Assembly: GCA_030706145.1 (NCBI GenBank)
Contig: JAUZPB010000041.1
Span: 1 to 34,673 of the forward strand
Origin: Bacteroidota bacterium
Lineage (GTDB): Bacteria > Bacteroidota > Ignavibacteria > Ignavibacteriales > SURF-24
Direction: 5' to 3'
DNA length: 34,673 nt
Positions 1-8,406 of this stretch are shown here, piece by piece. How positions within the stretch are numbered: the first letter of the stretch is position 1; each line of letters opens with the position of its first letter. The translations under genes and the position numbers were made by a program. The notes under the pieces were generated by a model. The model saw nothing but the letters and a program-made list of their open reading frames with translations, was not told the DNA's origin and ran no database searches.

Positions 1-1176
1 ACTGTAGAGGAAAGGACTGCAAGGCTGGTGCAGTTAAATGAGAAGCTTGAAGAGGAGATAAAAAAGCAGAAGCTTTCTGAAGAGAAGATACAGAGCCAGG
101 TTGAATTCCTTAGAACGCTTATTGATACTATACCTAAACCTCTCTTTATTAAATCTAAGACTAGAAGATATATAGATTGCAACAAAGCCTTTGGAGAACT
201 GTTCCATAGACCAAAAGATGAGGTAATTGGGCTAACGGCCTACGATATTTTTCCAAAGGAAGTAGCAGAAGTAAATGAGCAGAAAGATTCTGAACTTTTC
301 AATAATCCGGGAAATCAGTTCCTGGAATTTCATTATAATAGTTTATTTGGCACTGAACATTATGTTACTATAAATAAAGCTACTTATGTTAATCCTTATG
401 GAGCATTAGAAGGAATTATAGGAATAATTGAGGATATTACTGAATACAGGCAAATGCAAGCCGATATAAAAATCGCACTTGAAAAAGAAAAGGAACTCAA
501 CTCTTTAAAGTCCAGATTTATTTCAAATGCTTCGCATGAATTCAGGACACCTCTTACAGTAATACTTGCATCGGCTGACCTGCTGGAGATGTTTGGGAAG
601 AACTGGAAAGAGGAAAAATTCAAAGAACATACTTCAAAGATCAGGCGAACCGTTAAATACATGATCGAATTGCTTGATGATGTACTTACTATTAGCAGGA
701 CAGAGACAGGGAAAGTTACCTTTAGACCTGAAAATATCAACTTCTATAATCTATGCTGTGAAGTAATAGAAAACGTCAAGCTTCGGAAATTGGAAAATCA
801 CGAAATTTTCTTTTCTTATAACAGTCCAGAGCATTTTCTAATGGCCGACGAAAAGCTCTTAAAACAGATATTGCTGAACCTTCTTGTAAATTCTGTTAAG
901 TATTCACCTAATGGGGGGCAGATTAAATTTATTGTTGATATAAACGATAATATAGCATCTATCGAAATTGCAGACCAGGGGATAGGAATACCCGAAGAGA
1001 ATATAGATTTACTTTTTGAACCTTTTATCAGAGCTGAAAACGTAGGAAATATTCCAGGTACCGGACTAGGGCTTTCCATTGTAAAAAGATCTGTAGAGAT
1101 GCACAATGGAAATATAAAACTTAAATCCAAGGTTAACGAAGGGACAACTTTCTATATAAATATTCCAACTGCATAG
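1..1176 (+). CDS. Sensor histidine kinase, C-terminal part (PAS domain + HisKA + HATPase_c); ORF is open to the window edge so 5' truncated (if complete, GTG at 28)
   Basis: Frame 1 has no stop from position 1. H-box 'SHEFRTPLTVI', N-box 'LLNLLVNSVKYSP', G1 'IADQGIGIP', G2 'GTGLGLSIV'. PAS-like segment 'IDCNKAFGELFHRPKDEVIGLTAYDIF' lies upstream of the kinase core. Confidence 0.85.
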   Translation, partial: TVEERTARLVQLNEKLEEEIKKQKLSEEKIQSQVEFLRTLIDTIPKPLFIKSKTRRYIDCNKAFGELFHRPKDEVIGLTAYDIFPKEVAEVNEQKDSELFNNPGNQFLEFHYNSLFGTEHYVTINKATYVNPYGALEGIIGIIEDITEYRQMQADIKIALEKEKELNSLKSRFISNASHEFRTPLTVILASADLLEMFGKNWKEEKFKEHTSKIRRTVKYMIELLDDVLTISRTETGKVTFRPENINFYNLCCEVIENVKLRKLENHEIFFSYNSPEHFLMADEKLLKQILLNLLVNSVKYSPNGGQIKFIVDINDNIASIEIADQGIGIPEENIDLLFEPFIRAENVGNIPGTGLGLSIVKRSVEMHNGNIKLKSKVNEGTTFYINIPTA

Positions 1177-1184
1177 GTTGAAAA

Positions 1185-1568
1185 ATGGAAAAGATCCTAA
1201 TAGTAGATGATTCCCCGGATATCACTACCTCACTATCGGATTTACTTAAAGAATGCGGCTATTATGTCTATAGTGCACACTGCGTAGAACAGGGTTTTTC
1301 TCTAGCCAAGCAGGTAATGCCGGACCTAATACTTAGCGACATACTTATGCCCAAAACAGATGGATATGAGTTCTTAAAAATGCTCAAGGAAGAGGAAAAG
1401 ACTTCAAATATTCCTGTAATATTTATTTCAGCCAAAGCTGAAAAGTCTGAGAGTCTTAAAAGTTTTGAAGCCGGCGTCTGCGATTTTATTCTAAAGCCTT
1501 ATGATGCCAAAGGACTCTTAAAGATCATTTCAGAAATATTTATTAAAGCACCCGAGGAAACATCCTGA
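1185..1568 (+). CDS. Single-domain CheY-like response regulator receiver protein
   Basis: 127 aa. 'LIVDDSP' acidic pocket, phospho-acceptor Asp in 'LILSDILMP', conserved Lys in 'LKPYD'. Starts 8 nt after the kinase stop, so probably co-transcribed. Confidence 0.85.
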   Translation: MEKILIVDDSPDITTSLSDLLKECGYYVYSAHCVEQGFSLAKQVMPDLILSDILMPKTDGYEFLKMLKEEEKTSNIPVIFISAKAEKSESLKSFEAGVCDFILKPYDAKGLLKIISEIFIKAPEETS

Positions 1569-1615
1569 AGAAACATAGGCCCTCTTTTTTCTCTTAATTG
1601 ACTTAAAAACCTGAT

Positions 1616-2371
1616 ATGAAGAAAATACTCATAATAGAAGATGACATAGAGGTCCGTTCAGGACTAATTGACCTTTTGGAAGAATCTGGCTTTAAGGTAA
1701 TTCCTTCTTCGACAGGCAAAGAAGGAATACTACTTAGCAAGGAACTTCTGCCCGACCTTATTATCAGCGATATTATGATGCCAGGTTTAAGTGGAATTGA
1801 TGTTATAAAAGAACTAAACTCTCACACTTCTACAAAGCTGATCCCACTGATATTTCTTACAGCAAAAAAGGAAATGACCGATCTTAGAGAGGCAATGGAA
1901 TATGGGGCTGCTGATTATATTGTAAAGCCTTATGATGCAAATGATCTGTTAAGAGCCATTAATGTAAGGATAGAAAAAGCCGAGGCATATAAAAACCTGA
2001 TCAAAAAAGAGAAAAAGAAAACAGGCAGAAAACCCGGCTACACTGAAAGAATCACGCTTATAGTAGAGGGCAAGCCCGAATTTATCAAGCTCTCAGATAT
2101 AGTCTGCATTGAAGCAGAAAACATATACTCTACTGTTTATCTGAACAATGGACATAATTTTTTGATAAGAAAATCTCTCAGAAATTGGGAACAAGTACTC
2201 CCTGATTCTGAATTCTTAAGGATTCACAGGTCTACTATAATAAATATTAATTTTATAGACAGAATAGAGAAGTGGTACAAGCGTTCTTTAAAGATCTACC
2301 TAAAGAATTCACACCGCAGTTTTATTATAAGTCAGCGCTATGCCGTAAAGATCAAATCTTCTGTAATATAA
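1616..2371 (+). CDS. LytTR-family response regulator (REC + LytTR DNA-binding domain)
   Basis: N-terminal receiver ('ILIIEDD', 'LIISDIMMPGLSG', 'VKPYD'). C-terminal LytTR signature 'RIHRSTIININFIDRIE' and 'IYSTVYLNNGHNFLIRKSL'. Confidence 0.85.
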   Translation: MKKILIIEDDIEVRSGLIDLLEESGFKVIPSSTGKEGILLSKELLPDLIISDIMMPGLSGIDVIKELNSHTSTKLIPLIFLTAKKEMTDLREAMEYGAADYIVKPYDANDLLRAINVRIEKAEAYKNLIKKEKKKTGRKPGYTERITLIVEGKPEFIKLSDIVCIEAENIYSTVYLNNGHNFLIRKSLRNWEQVLPDSEFLRIHRSTIININFIDRIEKWYKRSLKIYLKNSHRSFIISQRYAVKIKSSVI

Positions 2372-2483
2372 TTTATTTTCAATTAACTTCTAAAATACAA
2401 TTCATGTAATAGTGTAAGTAGACCTAAAGTACTTAAATTAAGACTTAATCTTTTTACCTGCGCCTTATAATTTTCACCTTTAC

Positions 2484-2570
2484 TCTTCTATTTTTTATTT
2501 GTGTTCTTCTATTTTTTACATAATACCTTTGTACTTTTTCCGCTTACAACATTATATGTGCGTTTACAAC
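2484..2570. promoter_or_regulatory. Two pairs of direct repeats with ~20-21 nt period in the 267-nt intergenic region; candidate LytTR-type regulator binding site
   Basis: 'TCTTCTATTTTTTAT' at 2484-2498 and 'TCTTCTATTTTTTAC' at 2505-2519 (14/15 identical, 21-nt offset). 'CGCTTACAAC' at 2541-2550 and 'CGTTTACAAC' at 2561-2570 (9/10 identical, 20-nt offset). LytTR regulators (AgrA, ComE, AlgR) bind imperfect direct repeats spaced about two helical turns apart. Confidence 0.3.
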
Positions 2571-2638
2571 TTTTTTCTACCAAAATCCTTGTTGTTTAGC
2601 GAATATTGCAATAAAAATATCCCGGAGGTAGAAAGAAG

Positions 2639-3748
2639 ATGTGTAGTAGTAGTATACTTATAGTAGATGATGAACCTGAGGTAAGAAATAACTTAGCCGA
2701 ACTTCTTGATAACTTCGGCTATAAATCCATCCAGGCCACAGACGGCGCTGATGCATTTAGCTATTTGGAAAATTCAATTTTGAAGAATTCTCTCCCTGAC
2801 CTTATAATTTCAGATATAATGATGCCCAAGATGAATGGCTTTAAGCTATTGGAAACAGTTCAGGAAAATCCAATCTTGCAGAACATTCCATTTATTTTAT
2901 TAACTGCAAAAAACGATGACTTATCATTTAGAGGCGGAATGAATCATGGAGCAGACGACTTTATAACAAAGCCATACGATGCATCTGAATTATTAAAGGC
3001 AATTGAAGTAAGATTAAATAAAAGTAAAAGAGCTTCTGTAGCTGTGGATGAAGTTGTTAATAATATATTGATGTATGTGCCTCACGAACTTAGAACTCCT
3101 CTTTCATCTATTTCAGGTTTTTCACAACTAATTACCGAGAGCTATTATTTTCTTTCAGCTGATGAAATTTACGATATGGTAAGCAAGATAGATCAAAGCA
3201 ACAAAAGGCTTCACAGGACAGTAGAAAAGTTCATAGCTCTTTCAGAGATAATCTGTATTCAGTCTGATGCTAATAGAAAGAATGAATTAAAAGACAGGTA
3301 TCTTAATGAAACAGAGTTTGTAATACGCGGCTCTGCTTTATCCAAAGCCGATGAATATGGAAGAACAGATGATATTAAGTACCATCTTACTAGTTCGGGT
3401 GCTTTAATTACAGAGGAATTTTTGCATCTGGTAGTAATGGAACTGACTGAGAACGCAATGAAATTTTCACAATCAGGCACACCCATTGAAATAAGCTCCA
3501 GAACTGAAGATGACCTGTTTATTCTGATCATTAAAGATTATGGGAAGGGGATGAGTATTGAAGAAATAGCAAAGATAAGTGCATTTATTCAGTTTGGAAG
3601 GAAATTCCATCAGCAAGAAGGCAATGGACTTGGGCTTACCATAGTACAAAAAGCAGCAGACCTCTTTTCGGGCAGTGTTATGATAGTTAGTGAAAGAAAT
3701 AAATACACACAAGTTACTGTAACTCTTAGATTAACTCCCACATACTAA
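2639..3748 (+). CDS. Hybrid response-regulator/histidine kinase (N-terminal REC followed by HisKA + HATPase_c)
   Basis: 'ILIVDDEPEV', 'LIISDIMMPKMNG', 'ITKPYD' receiver. H-box 'VPHELRTPLSSISGF'. N-box 'ELTENAMKF', G1 'IKDYGKGMS', G2 'GNGLGLTIV'. RBS GGAGG at 2624-2628. Confidence 0.8.
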   Translation: MCSSSILIVDDEPEVRNNLAELLDNFGYKSIQATDGADAFSYLENSILKNSLPDLIISDIMMPKMNGFKLLETVQENPILQNIPFILLTAKNDDLSFRGGMNHGADDFITKPYDASELLKAIEVRLNKSKRASVAVDEVVNNILMYVPHELRTPLSSISGFSQLITESYYFLSADEIYDMVSKIDQSNKRLHRTVEKFIALSEIICIQSDANRKNELKDRYLNETEFVIRGSALSKADEYGRTDDIKYHLTSSGALITEEFLHLVVMELTENAMKFSQSGTPIEISSRTEDDLFILIIKDYGKGMSIEEIAKISAFIQFGRKFHQQEGNGLGLTIVQKAADLFSGSVMIVSERNKYTQVTVTLRLTPTY

Positions 3749-3757
3749 TGTGGAAGG

Positions 3758-4717
3758 TTATTCAATAAGGTCAAACTTAAGTATTTTCATGCAGGCCTTA
3801 TCATATTGTTCTAAGAGCTCGAAAAATAATTCTTTTACGGTAGGGATATTCCGGATAAGGCCAGCGCCTTGTCCGGCTTCCATCAGCCCGTTTTTCTCGT
3901 CTCCTTCAAATATTCCTTCTCTTTCGCGTTTTTTCCCTAAGAGCTGCCTTAAGCTTTCCTCATCTGCACCTGCAAGCTCTGCTTTTATAAGATCTGATGT
4001 AAAATCGTTTTTAATTGTCCTTAGTGGTCCAATCCTCTTTAGCAATAGTACAGTATCATTATCCTTTGCCTTGCAGATACGCTCTTTATATTTAGCGTGG
4101 GCAGAAGATTCAATAGTAACTGCGAACCTGGTTCCAATCTGCACTGCCTGCGCACCCAAAGCAAATGCTGCAAGTATACCACGTCCATCTGCAATACCTC
4201 CTGCTGCAATTACAGGAATCTTTAATGCATCGGATATTTGAGGTATAAGAGCAAATGTTGTAAGCTCATCAATTCCGTTATGCCCGCCAGCTTCAACACC
4301 TTCACCAACAACAGCATCACAGCCTACACTCTCGGCCTTAAGGGCATACTTAAGCGAAGGGACAACATGAACAACTTTTACATCATTTTTTTTCAGAATC
4401 TCTATGAACTTTCCCGGATGACCGGCCGATGTAAAGACTATCTTTACACCTTCACTTATTACAACATCAATTAAGCCTGAGGCATCCTCTCTAAGAAGAG
4501 GAATATTTACACCAAAAGATTTTGCTGTTGCCCTTCTGCATTTTTGAATGTGCTCTTTTAGAAGATCAGCTTTCATTGAACCTGCACCTATAAGACCCAG
4601 GCCTCCACATTCTGCTACAGCCGAAGCAAGGCGCCATCCTGAAGTCCAGACCATACCAGCCTGAATTATTGGATGCTCAATAGAAAACAGCTCAGTTATT
4701 TTATTTTTTATATTCAT
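3758..4717 (-). CDS. Nitronate monooxygenase / 2-nitropropane dioxygenase family FMN oxidoreductase (FabK-like enoyl-ACP reductase II fold)
   Basis: N-terminus 'IEHPIIQAGMVWTSGWRLASAVAECGGLGLIGAGSM' and 'IPVIAAGGIADGRG' are typical of the NMO/NPD TIM-barrel family. Confidence 0.75.
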   Translation of the reverse strand: MNIKNKITELFSIEHPIIQAGMVWTSGWRLASAVAECGGLGLIGAGSMKADLLKEHIQKCRRATAKSFGVNIPLLREDASGLIDVVISEGVKIVFTSAGHPGKFIEILKKNDVKVVHVVPSLKYALKAESVGCDAVVGEGVEAGGHNGIDELTTFALIPQISDALKIPVIAAGGIADGRGILAAFALGAQAVQIGTRFAVTIESSAHAKYKERICKAKDNDTVLLLKRIGPLRTIKNDFTSDLIKAELAGADEESLRQLLGKKREREGIFEGDEKNGLMEAGQGAGLIRNIPTVKELFFELLEQYDKACMKILKFDLIE

Positions 4718-4837
4718 TTAATATGCTCATCTATTTTTTCTCAAAGATAGAGAGAAAGAAGATATTTATTCCTTCGTTATTACAAGCATGTAGGATGAAC
4801 TTTCCGAGAATTTACAGCCTTTATTTACTTGTTTCTA

Positions 4838-5599
4838 TTAAACAGCCTCTCTGTCTTGCAGGAGTTTTTTCAGAATATCGGCATCCTGCAAAGCAAATCC
4901 GTATTGATCGTTATTGAAGTAGCAAAATATTTCCTTACCTTTTCCAGCCCATTCAACTATAGAATCTGCCCAAGGCAAAAGTACCTCTTCATCAAAATGA
5001 TCCTTGAAGGGAATATCAGGCCCATGAAAACGCATATACACAAAATCCGAAGTAATCTCCTTTGGTGTTACAAGCTTGGGCATCTCATAGATGCAAAAAG
5101 AGATATTATTATTTTTCAGAAGTTCTAATATTTCAGGGCGCCACCAGCCAGGATGCCGGAATTCAAATGAGTAGCGAAATACTTTAGGTAAGATAGAAAC
5201 AAACTTGCTTAGCCTCTCATAGTTAATATTCCAGAATGGAGGAAACTGAAATAATACTGGCCCAAGTCTTTCCTTTAGGGCTGCAACCCTGTCTAAGAGT
5301 TTTCCAAGTGCTTCAGCCGGCTCGTTTAGCTTTTTCATATGTGTAAGATAACGGTTAGCCTTAGCAGTAAAGATAAAACTGCCAGAGACACTTTCCCTCC
5401 AGTTTTCAAAAGATTCTTTATCCGGAAGTTTATAGAATGAATAATTTATTTCAACTGTAGAGAATCTCTTGCTGTAGAATTCAAGCCAGTCCTTGCTTTT
5501 TAGGCCTTCAGGATAGAATATACCTTTCCAGTGCTGGTAATTCCAGCCTGAAGTTCCTATATGGACTTTACCTGTATGAACTCTACCTGCTCCTTTCAT
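4838..5599 (-). CDS. DUF72 (YecE-like) family protein
   Basis: 'HIGTSGWNYQHWKGIFYP' and 'LEFYSKRFSTVEINYSFY' match the DUF72 N-terminal signature. Start is 14 nt downstream of the sodC stop. Confidence 0.7.
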   Translation of the reverse strand: MKGAGRVHTGKVHIGTSGWNYQHWKGIFYPEGLKSKDWLEFYSKRFSTVEINYSFYKLPDKESFENWRESVSGSFIFTAKANRYLTHMKKLNEPAEALGKLLDRVAALKERLGPVLFQFPPFWNINYERLSKFVSILPKVFRYSFEFRHPGWWRPEILELLKNNNISFCIYEMPKLVTPKEITSDFVYMRFHGPDIPFKDHFDEEVLLPWADSIVEWAGKGKEIFCYFNNDQYGFALQDADILKKLLQDREAV

Positions 5600-5612
5600 T
5601 GTAAAAATAATC

Positions 5613-6146
5613 CTACTTTGCTTTTGCTATACCAATTACGCCTACTGCTATTCTGGCACCGGCATTGCCTGCAGGCTGCGACATAAGGTCGTCTTCTTTT
5701 TCATGGACAACAACCGAGCGCCCGATAAGAGAACTTATATCTGACGAAAGCTTTACGTCAACATGAGCTATTCCGTCAGTGCCTGCTGTAATATTGCCCA
5801 TATCGCCAGCATGGTGCATTGTATCATCTGGGCCTGCATGGCGCATATTTGTTGGATTATAATGATCCCCGGCAGATTTTCCATCTGATGAGCTTAAGTC
5901 ACCATACTGGTGTATATGAAAACCATGTTTGCCTGGAGTTAAACCTTGTATGTCGCCTGTTATCTGAACACCGCTTCCTTCCTGAAGCTTTGTAAATGTC
6001 AATGTCCCTGTTACTTTATTGCCTTGCGTAGGCTCTAGTACTGCAATTGCACTGTTTATCTCCTCTGCCGAATTACTTTGTTGTCCATAAGTTAAAACTG
6101 AAAGGAACAGAAAAAATAAAACAGCACTATATACACTCTTTAACAT
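5613..6146 (-). CDS. sodC: Periplasmic Cu/Zn superoxide dismutase
   Basis: 'GFHIHQYGD', 'HAGDMGN', 'GGNAGARIA' Cu/Zn-SOD motifs. Signal peptide 'MLKSVYSAVLFFLFLSVLTYG'. Start moved from 6212 to ATG at 6146, which has a perfect AAGGAG RBS 5 nt upstream. Confidence 0.9.
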   Translation of the reverse strand: MLKSVYSAVLFFLFLSVLTYGQQSNSAEEINSAIAVLEPTQGNKVTGTLTFTKLQEGSGVQITGDIQGLTPGKHGFHIHQYGDLSSSDGKSAGDHYNPTNMRHAGPDDTMHHAGDMGNITAGTDGIAHVDVKLSSDISSLIGRSVVVHEKEDDLMSQPAGNAGARIAVGVIGIAKAK

Positions 6147-6230
6147 ATTTACTCCTTTTATGAATGTAAGTTGAACATACTTAAAAGATATTAAAAATCG
6201 CGAGATGGTCAAATTCGATAAAAGAGTAGC

Positions 6231-6259
6231 TTGACAATGTTTTTATATCTGCGTACAAT
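6231..6259 (+). promoter_or_regulatory. Sigma70-like promoter for the 6304 gene
   Basis: TTGACA (6231-6236), 17-nt spacer, TACAAT (6254-6259), about 45 nt upstream of the ATG. Confidence 0.4.
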
Positions 6260-6303
6260 ACTTAAAATTTTAATTAAATTTATTTACATCAATAAAGGGG
6301 AAA

Positions 6304-7341
6304 ATGTATCATCCAAGACTAAAAGGCAGCCATTATCAGATGGGGCAAAAAATGGGCAAAATATTCAAAGGCTGTAATGCACAGTTTCCAATAAGGCTAG
6401 ATAAGTTCCAGAGGGGTTTTGGAAAAGAAAGCGGAAACCTCTTAAGGAAGTTTTTTCCTGAGGCAGCAGAAGAGATAAAGGGAATAACAGATGTAATTGA
6501 ATATGACAATGAACTATTTACTTCATGGATGATGTGTATGGGTTGTTGCCTGTATAATATTGACGAAATGGAATCTGTTGAAGTAAAAGGATGTACAGCC
6601 TTTAGTTTTCAGTCCGGTGATAAGACCTATTACGCAAGAAACAATGATCTTCCGCCATTTTTAAAGAAAGTAAGCAAAAGCGAGTATTATGAACCCGAAG
6701 GTAAAAGCCGTTTTATTCTGAATACATCTTCTTTTATTAACGGTGAGGAAGGAATAAACCAGCATGGACTCGTAGCAGCTATGACGTTTGTAATGCCGAA
6801 ACTCGAAGAGATAAGACCAGGCTTAAATTCGGTTTTCCTTGTGCGATATATTCTGGAAAACTGCAGGGCAGTTTCTGATGGAATCCATTCACTGAAAAAT
6901 CTTCCAATTGCTTCAAGCTGCAATATACTTCTTGCAGATAAAAGTGGAGAGATGGTTGTAGCTGAATGTAATCCAAAGGAAATAAACTTCAGGCTTCCGG
7001 AAAAAAGCAGATGTGGAAAAAACTTCATTATTACGGTAAACCATTTTACTACTGAAAAAATGAAAAAGTATGATGCAAGCGATGGCAATACCTATTTTTC
7101 AGAAGAAAGATACCTAACGGCATATAAGGCCTTGAAAGACAAAGCATATAGTGATGCATTAGGACATGCAAAGAGTATCTTAACTGGCAAAGAGGGCTTT
7201 ATGTGTCAGTATGATAAGTCGCTTAACTTTGATACTGTTTGGTCATCTATTTTTGATATTACAAATAATAAAATATTCAGAGCTGAAGGCAACCCCTTTA
7301 AGGCAAAATTCATAGAAGATAAAAGGTTAAAGACAAAGTAA
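6304..7341 (+). CDS. Peptidase C45 / acyl-CoA:6-aminopenicillanic-acid acyltransferase-like Ntn-hydrolase family protein
   Basis: N-terminal 'GSHYQMGQKMG' plus the presumptive nucleophile Cys in 'VKGCTAFSF' and an 'ARNNDL' motif, as in the C45/AAT family. No signal peptide. Confidence 0.6.
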   Translation: MYHPRLKGSHYQMGQKMGKIFKGCNAQFPIRLDKFQRGFGKESGNLLRKFFPEAAEEIKGITDVIEYDNELFTSWMMCMGCCLYNIDEMESVEVKGCTAFSFQSGDKTYYARNNDLPPFLKKVSKSEYYEPEGKSRFILNTSSFINGEEGINQHGLVAAMTFVMPKLEEIRPGLNSVFLVRYILENCRAVSDGIHSLKNLPIASSCNILLADKSGEMVVAECNPKEINFRLPEKSRCGKNFIITVNHFTTEKMKKYDASDGNTYFSEERYLTAYKALKDKAYSDALGHAKSILTGKEGFMCQYDKSLNFDTVWSSIFDITNNKIFRAEGNPFKAKFIEDKRLKTK

Positions 7342-7370
7342 AAAAAACAAAAAAAAGATTGCAGCCTTTT

Positions 7371-7434
7371 AAAGCCAATACTTGTCAAAGCCGTTTTTTG
7401 TCAAAGCCGGTTTTTGTCAAAGCCAGTACTTGGG
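7371..7434. repeat. Four copies of AAAGCC spaced exactly 16 nt apart, with three tandem 16-nt units 'TTGTCAAAGCCGKTTT'
   Basis: AAAGCC at 7371, 7387, 7403, 7419. TTGTCAAAGCC at 7382-7392, 7398-7408, 7414-7424. The last unit overlaps the stop codon of the minus-strand PRC-barrel gene. Confidence 0.7.
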
Positions 7435-8214
7435 CAGTCCATAGTGCTCATAGAGTATTTCTTCATACTCTCTGCCCAGTGTCTCTGAAGGATTATATTC
7501 CGGGCTGTTTTTTATGCTATCGCTCGATAAAGCTATATGTACCTTAGATTCATTCCAGTTTATTTTCTCAATCCAATGTGGTGAAACAAGCACTTTTCTT
7601 CCTGAAGATATCCAGCTTCCCGTATCGACAACAATATAGCGTATAATCCATGTATTATCATCCACAATAAAATCCTTTAGATATCCTATCTCTCGGTCTG
7701 TTGACTGTATCTTATATGTATTAACTTCGCGGCTGCTTCGAAGATGAGGATCACCTTTCTTCTCCTCTTGTTTTTTCTCATCTTGTTCTTTCTCTTTACC
7801 TGAAGGAGTATCTGGATTATTCATCTGCTCAATAAGTGGTTTTTGCGTCAGATATGCAGCTCCTGGTGTTACTGCCATTCCCATTTCAAAATCCCAGTAC
7901 ATAGGCCAGTTATAATAATTAACCAGGTCAATCTCATTTTGACGTGAGACAGGTTTATCGGTCGATATATCGGGACTATTCTCTATCTGTTCTTTTGTAA
8001 GATTAACAGGAAGCCTCTTCTTATCCCACTCCGGTTTACCTATTGCTGCAGGAGAGATAAGTACCTGTTTATTAGATAACCAGTTTCCTGTTTTTACCAC
8101 GAGATATCTTATTGTCCAGTTCTGGTCATCAAAATAAAATTCATATACATTTCCAATCTCGCCATCATTTGCCAGGATATTTAATCCCGAAAGCTCTTTT
8201 ACGCTGCGAAGCAT
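7417..8214 (-). CDS. Tandem PRC-barrel domain protein with a K/E-rich linker
   Basis: Two copies of a 'DGEIG.V..F.FD...W.IRY.VV..G' module ('LANDGEIGNVYEFYFDDQNWTIRYLVV', 'STDREIGYLKDFIVDDNTWIIRYIVV'). GGAGG RBS 9 nt upstream of the ATG. Confidence 0.65.
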   Translation of the reverse strand: MLRSVKELSGLNILANDGEIGNVYEFYFDDQNWTIRYLVVKTGNWLSNKQVLISPAAIGKPEWDKKRLPVNLTKEQIENSPDISTDKPVSRQNEIDLVNYYNWPMYWDFEMGMAVTPGAAYLTQKPLIEQMNNPDTPSGKEKEQDEKKQEEKKGDPHLRSSREVNTYKIQSTDREIGYLKDFIVDDNTWIIRYIVVDTGSWISSGRKVLVSPHWIEKINWNESKVHIALSSDSIKNSPEYNPSETLGREYEEILYEHYGLPKYWL

Positions 8215-8406
8215 TTATTTAGCCTCCTAAAAAAGGTTCTTTTTATAAGTAATAGAAATCTTCTTTCTCAGTCAAGGGTATTATAGTGCAGCCTGTTTTA
8301 TACTGTATTGCCATAAATTGGGAAAATTTTGTTCTCCTGATCACACAGTGCCTATAAGAATGTTTTGTATGTTGAGAACTGGACAATTAAATATTATTTT
8401 ATTCTG

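Noticed and set aside
396-1130. Antisense ORFs inside the sensor kinase gene (396-740 and 816-1130, minus strand), and similar embedded ORFs throughout (e.g. 3259-3712, 6687-7088, 9265-9531, 12023-12565, 17288-17856, 20897-21127, 24239-24497, 26727-27104, 29836-30568)
   Set aside because: All lie wholly within, and antisense or out of frame to, much longer ORFs with clear domain signatures. They are low complexity with no RBS. Spurious.
3738-3753. Mini hairpin CCACAT-ACTA-ATGTGG bridging the convergent stop codons of the hybrid kinase and NMO genes
   Set aside because: Only 6 bp with 3 G-C pairs and no U-tract. Too weak to call a terminator. May simply be coincidence of the two stop codons.
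3750-4241. 163-aa plus-strand ORF overlapping the NMO gene
   Set aside because: Ser/Pro/Ala low-complexity product, fully antisense to a well-supported flavoenzyme gene.
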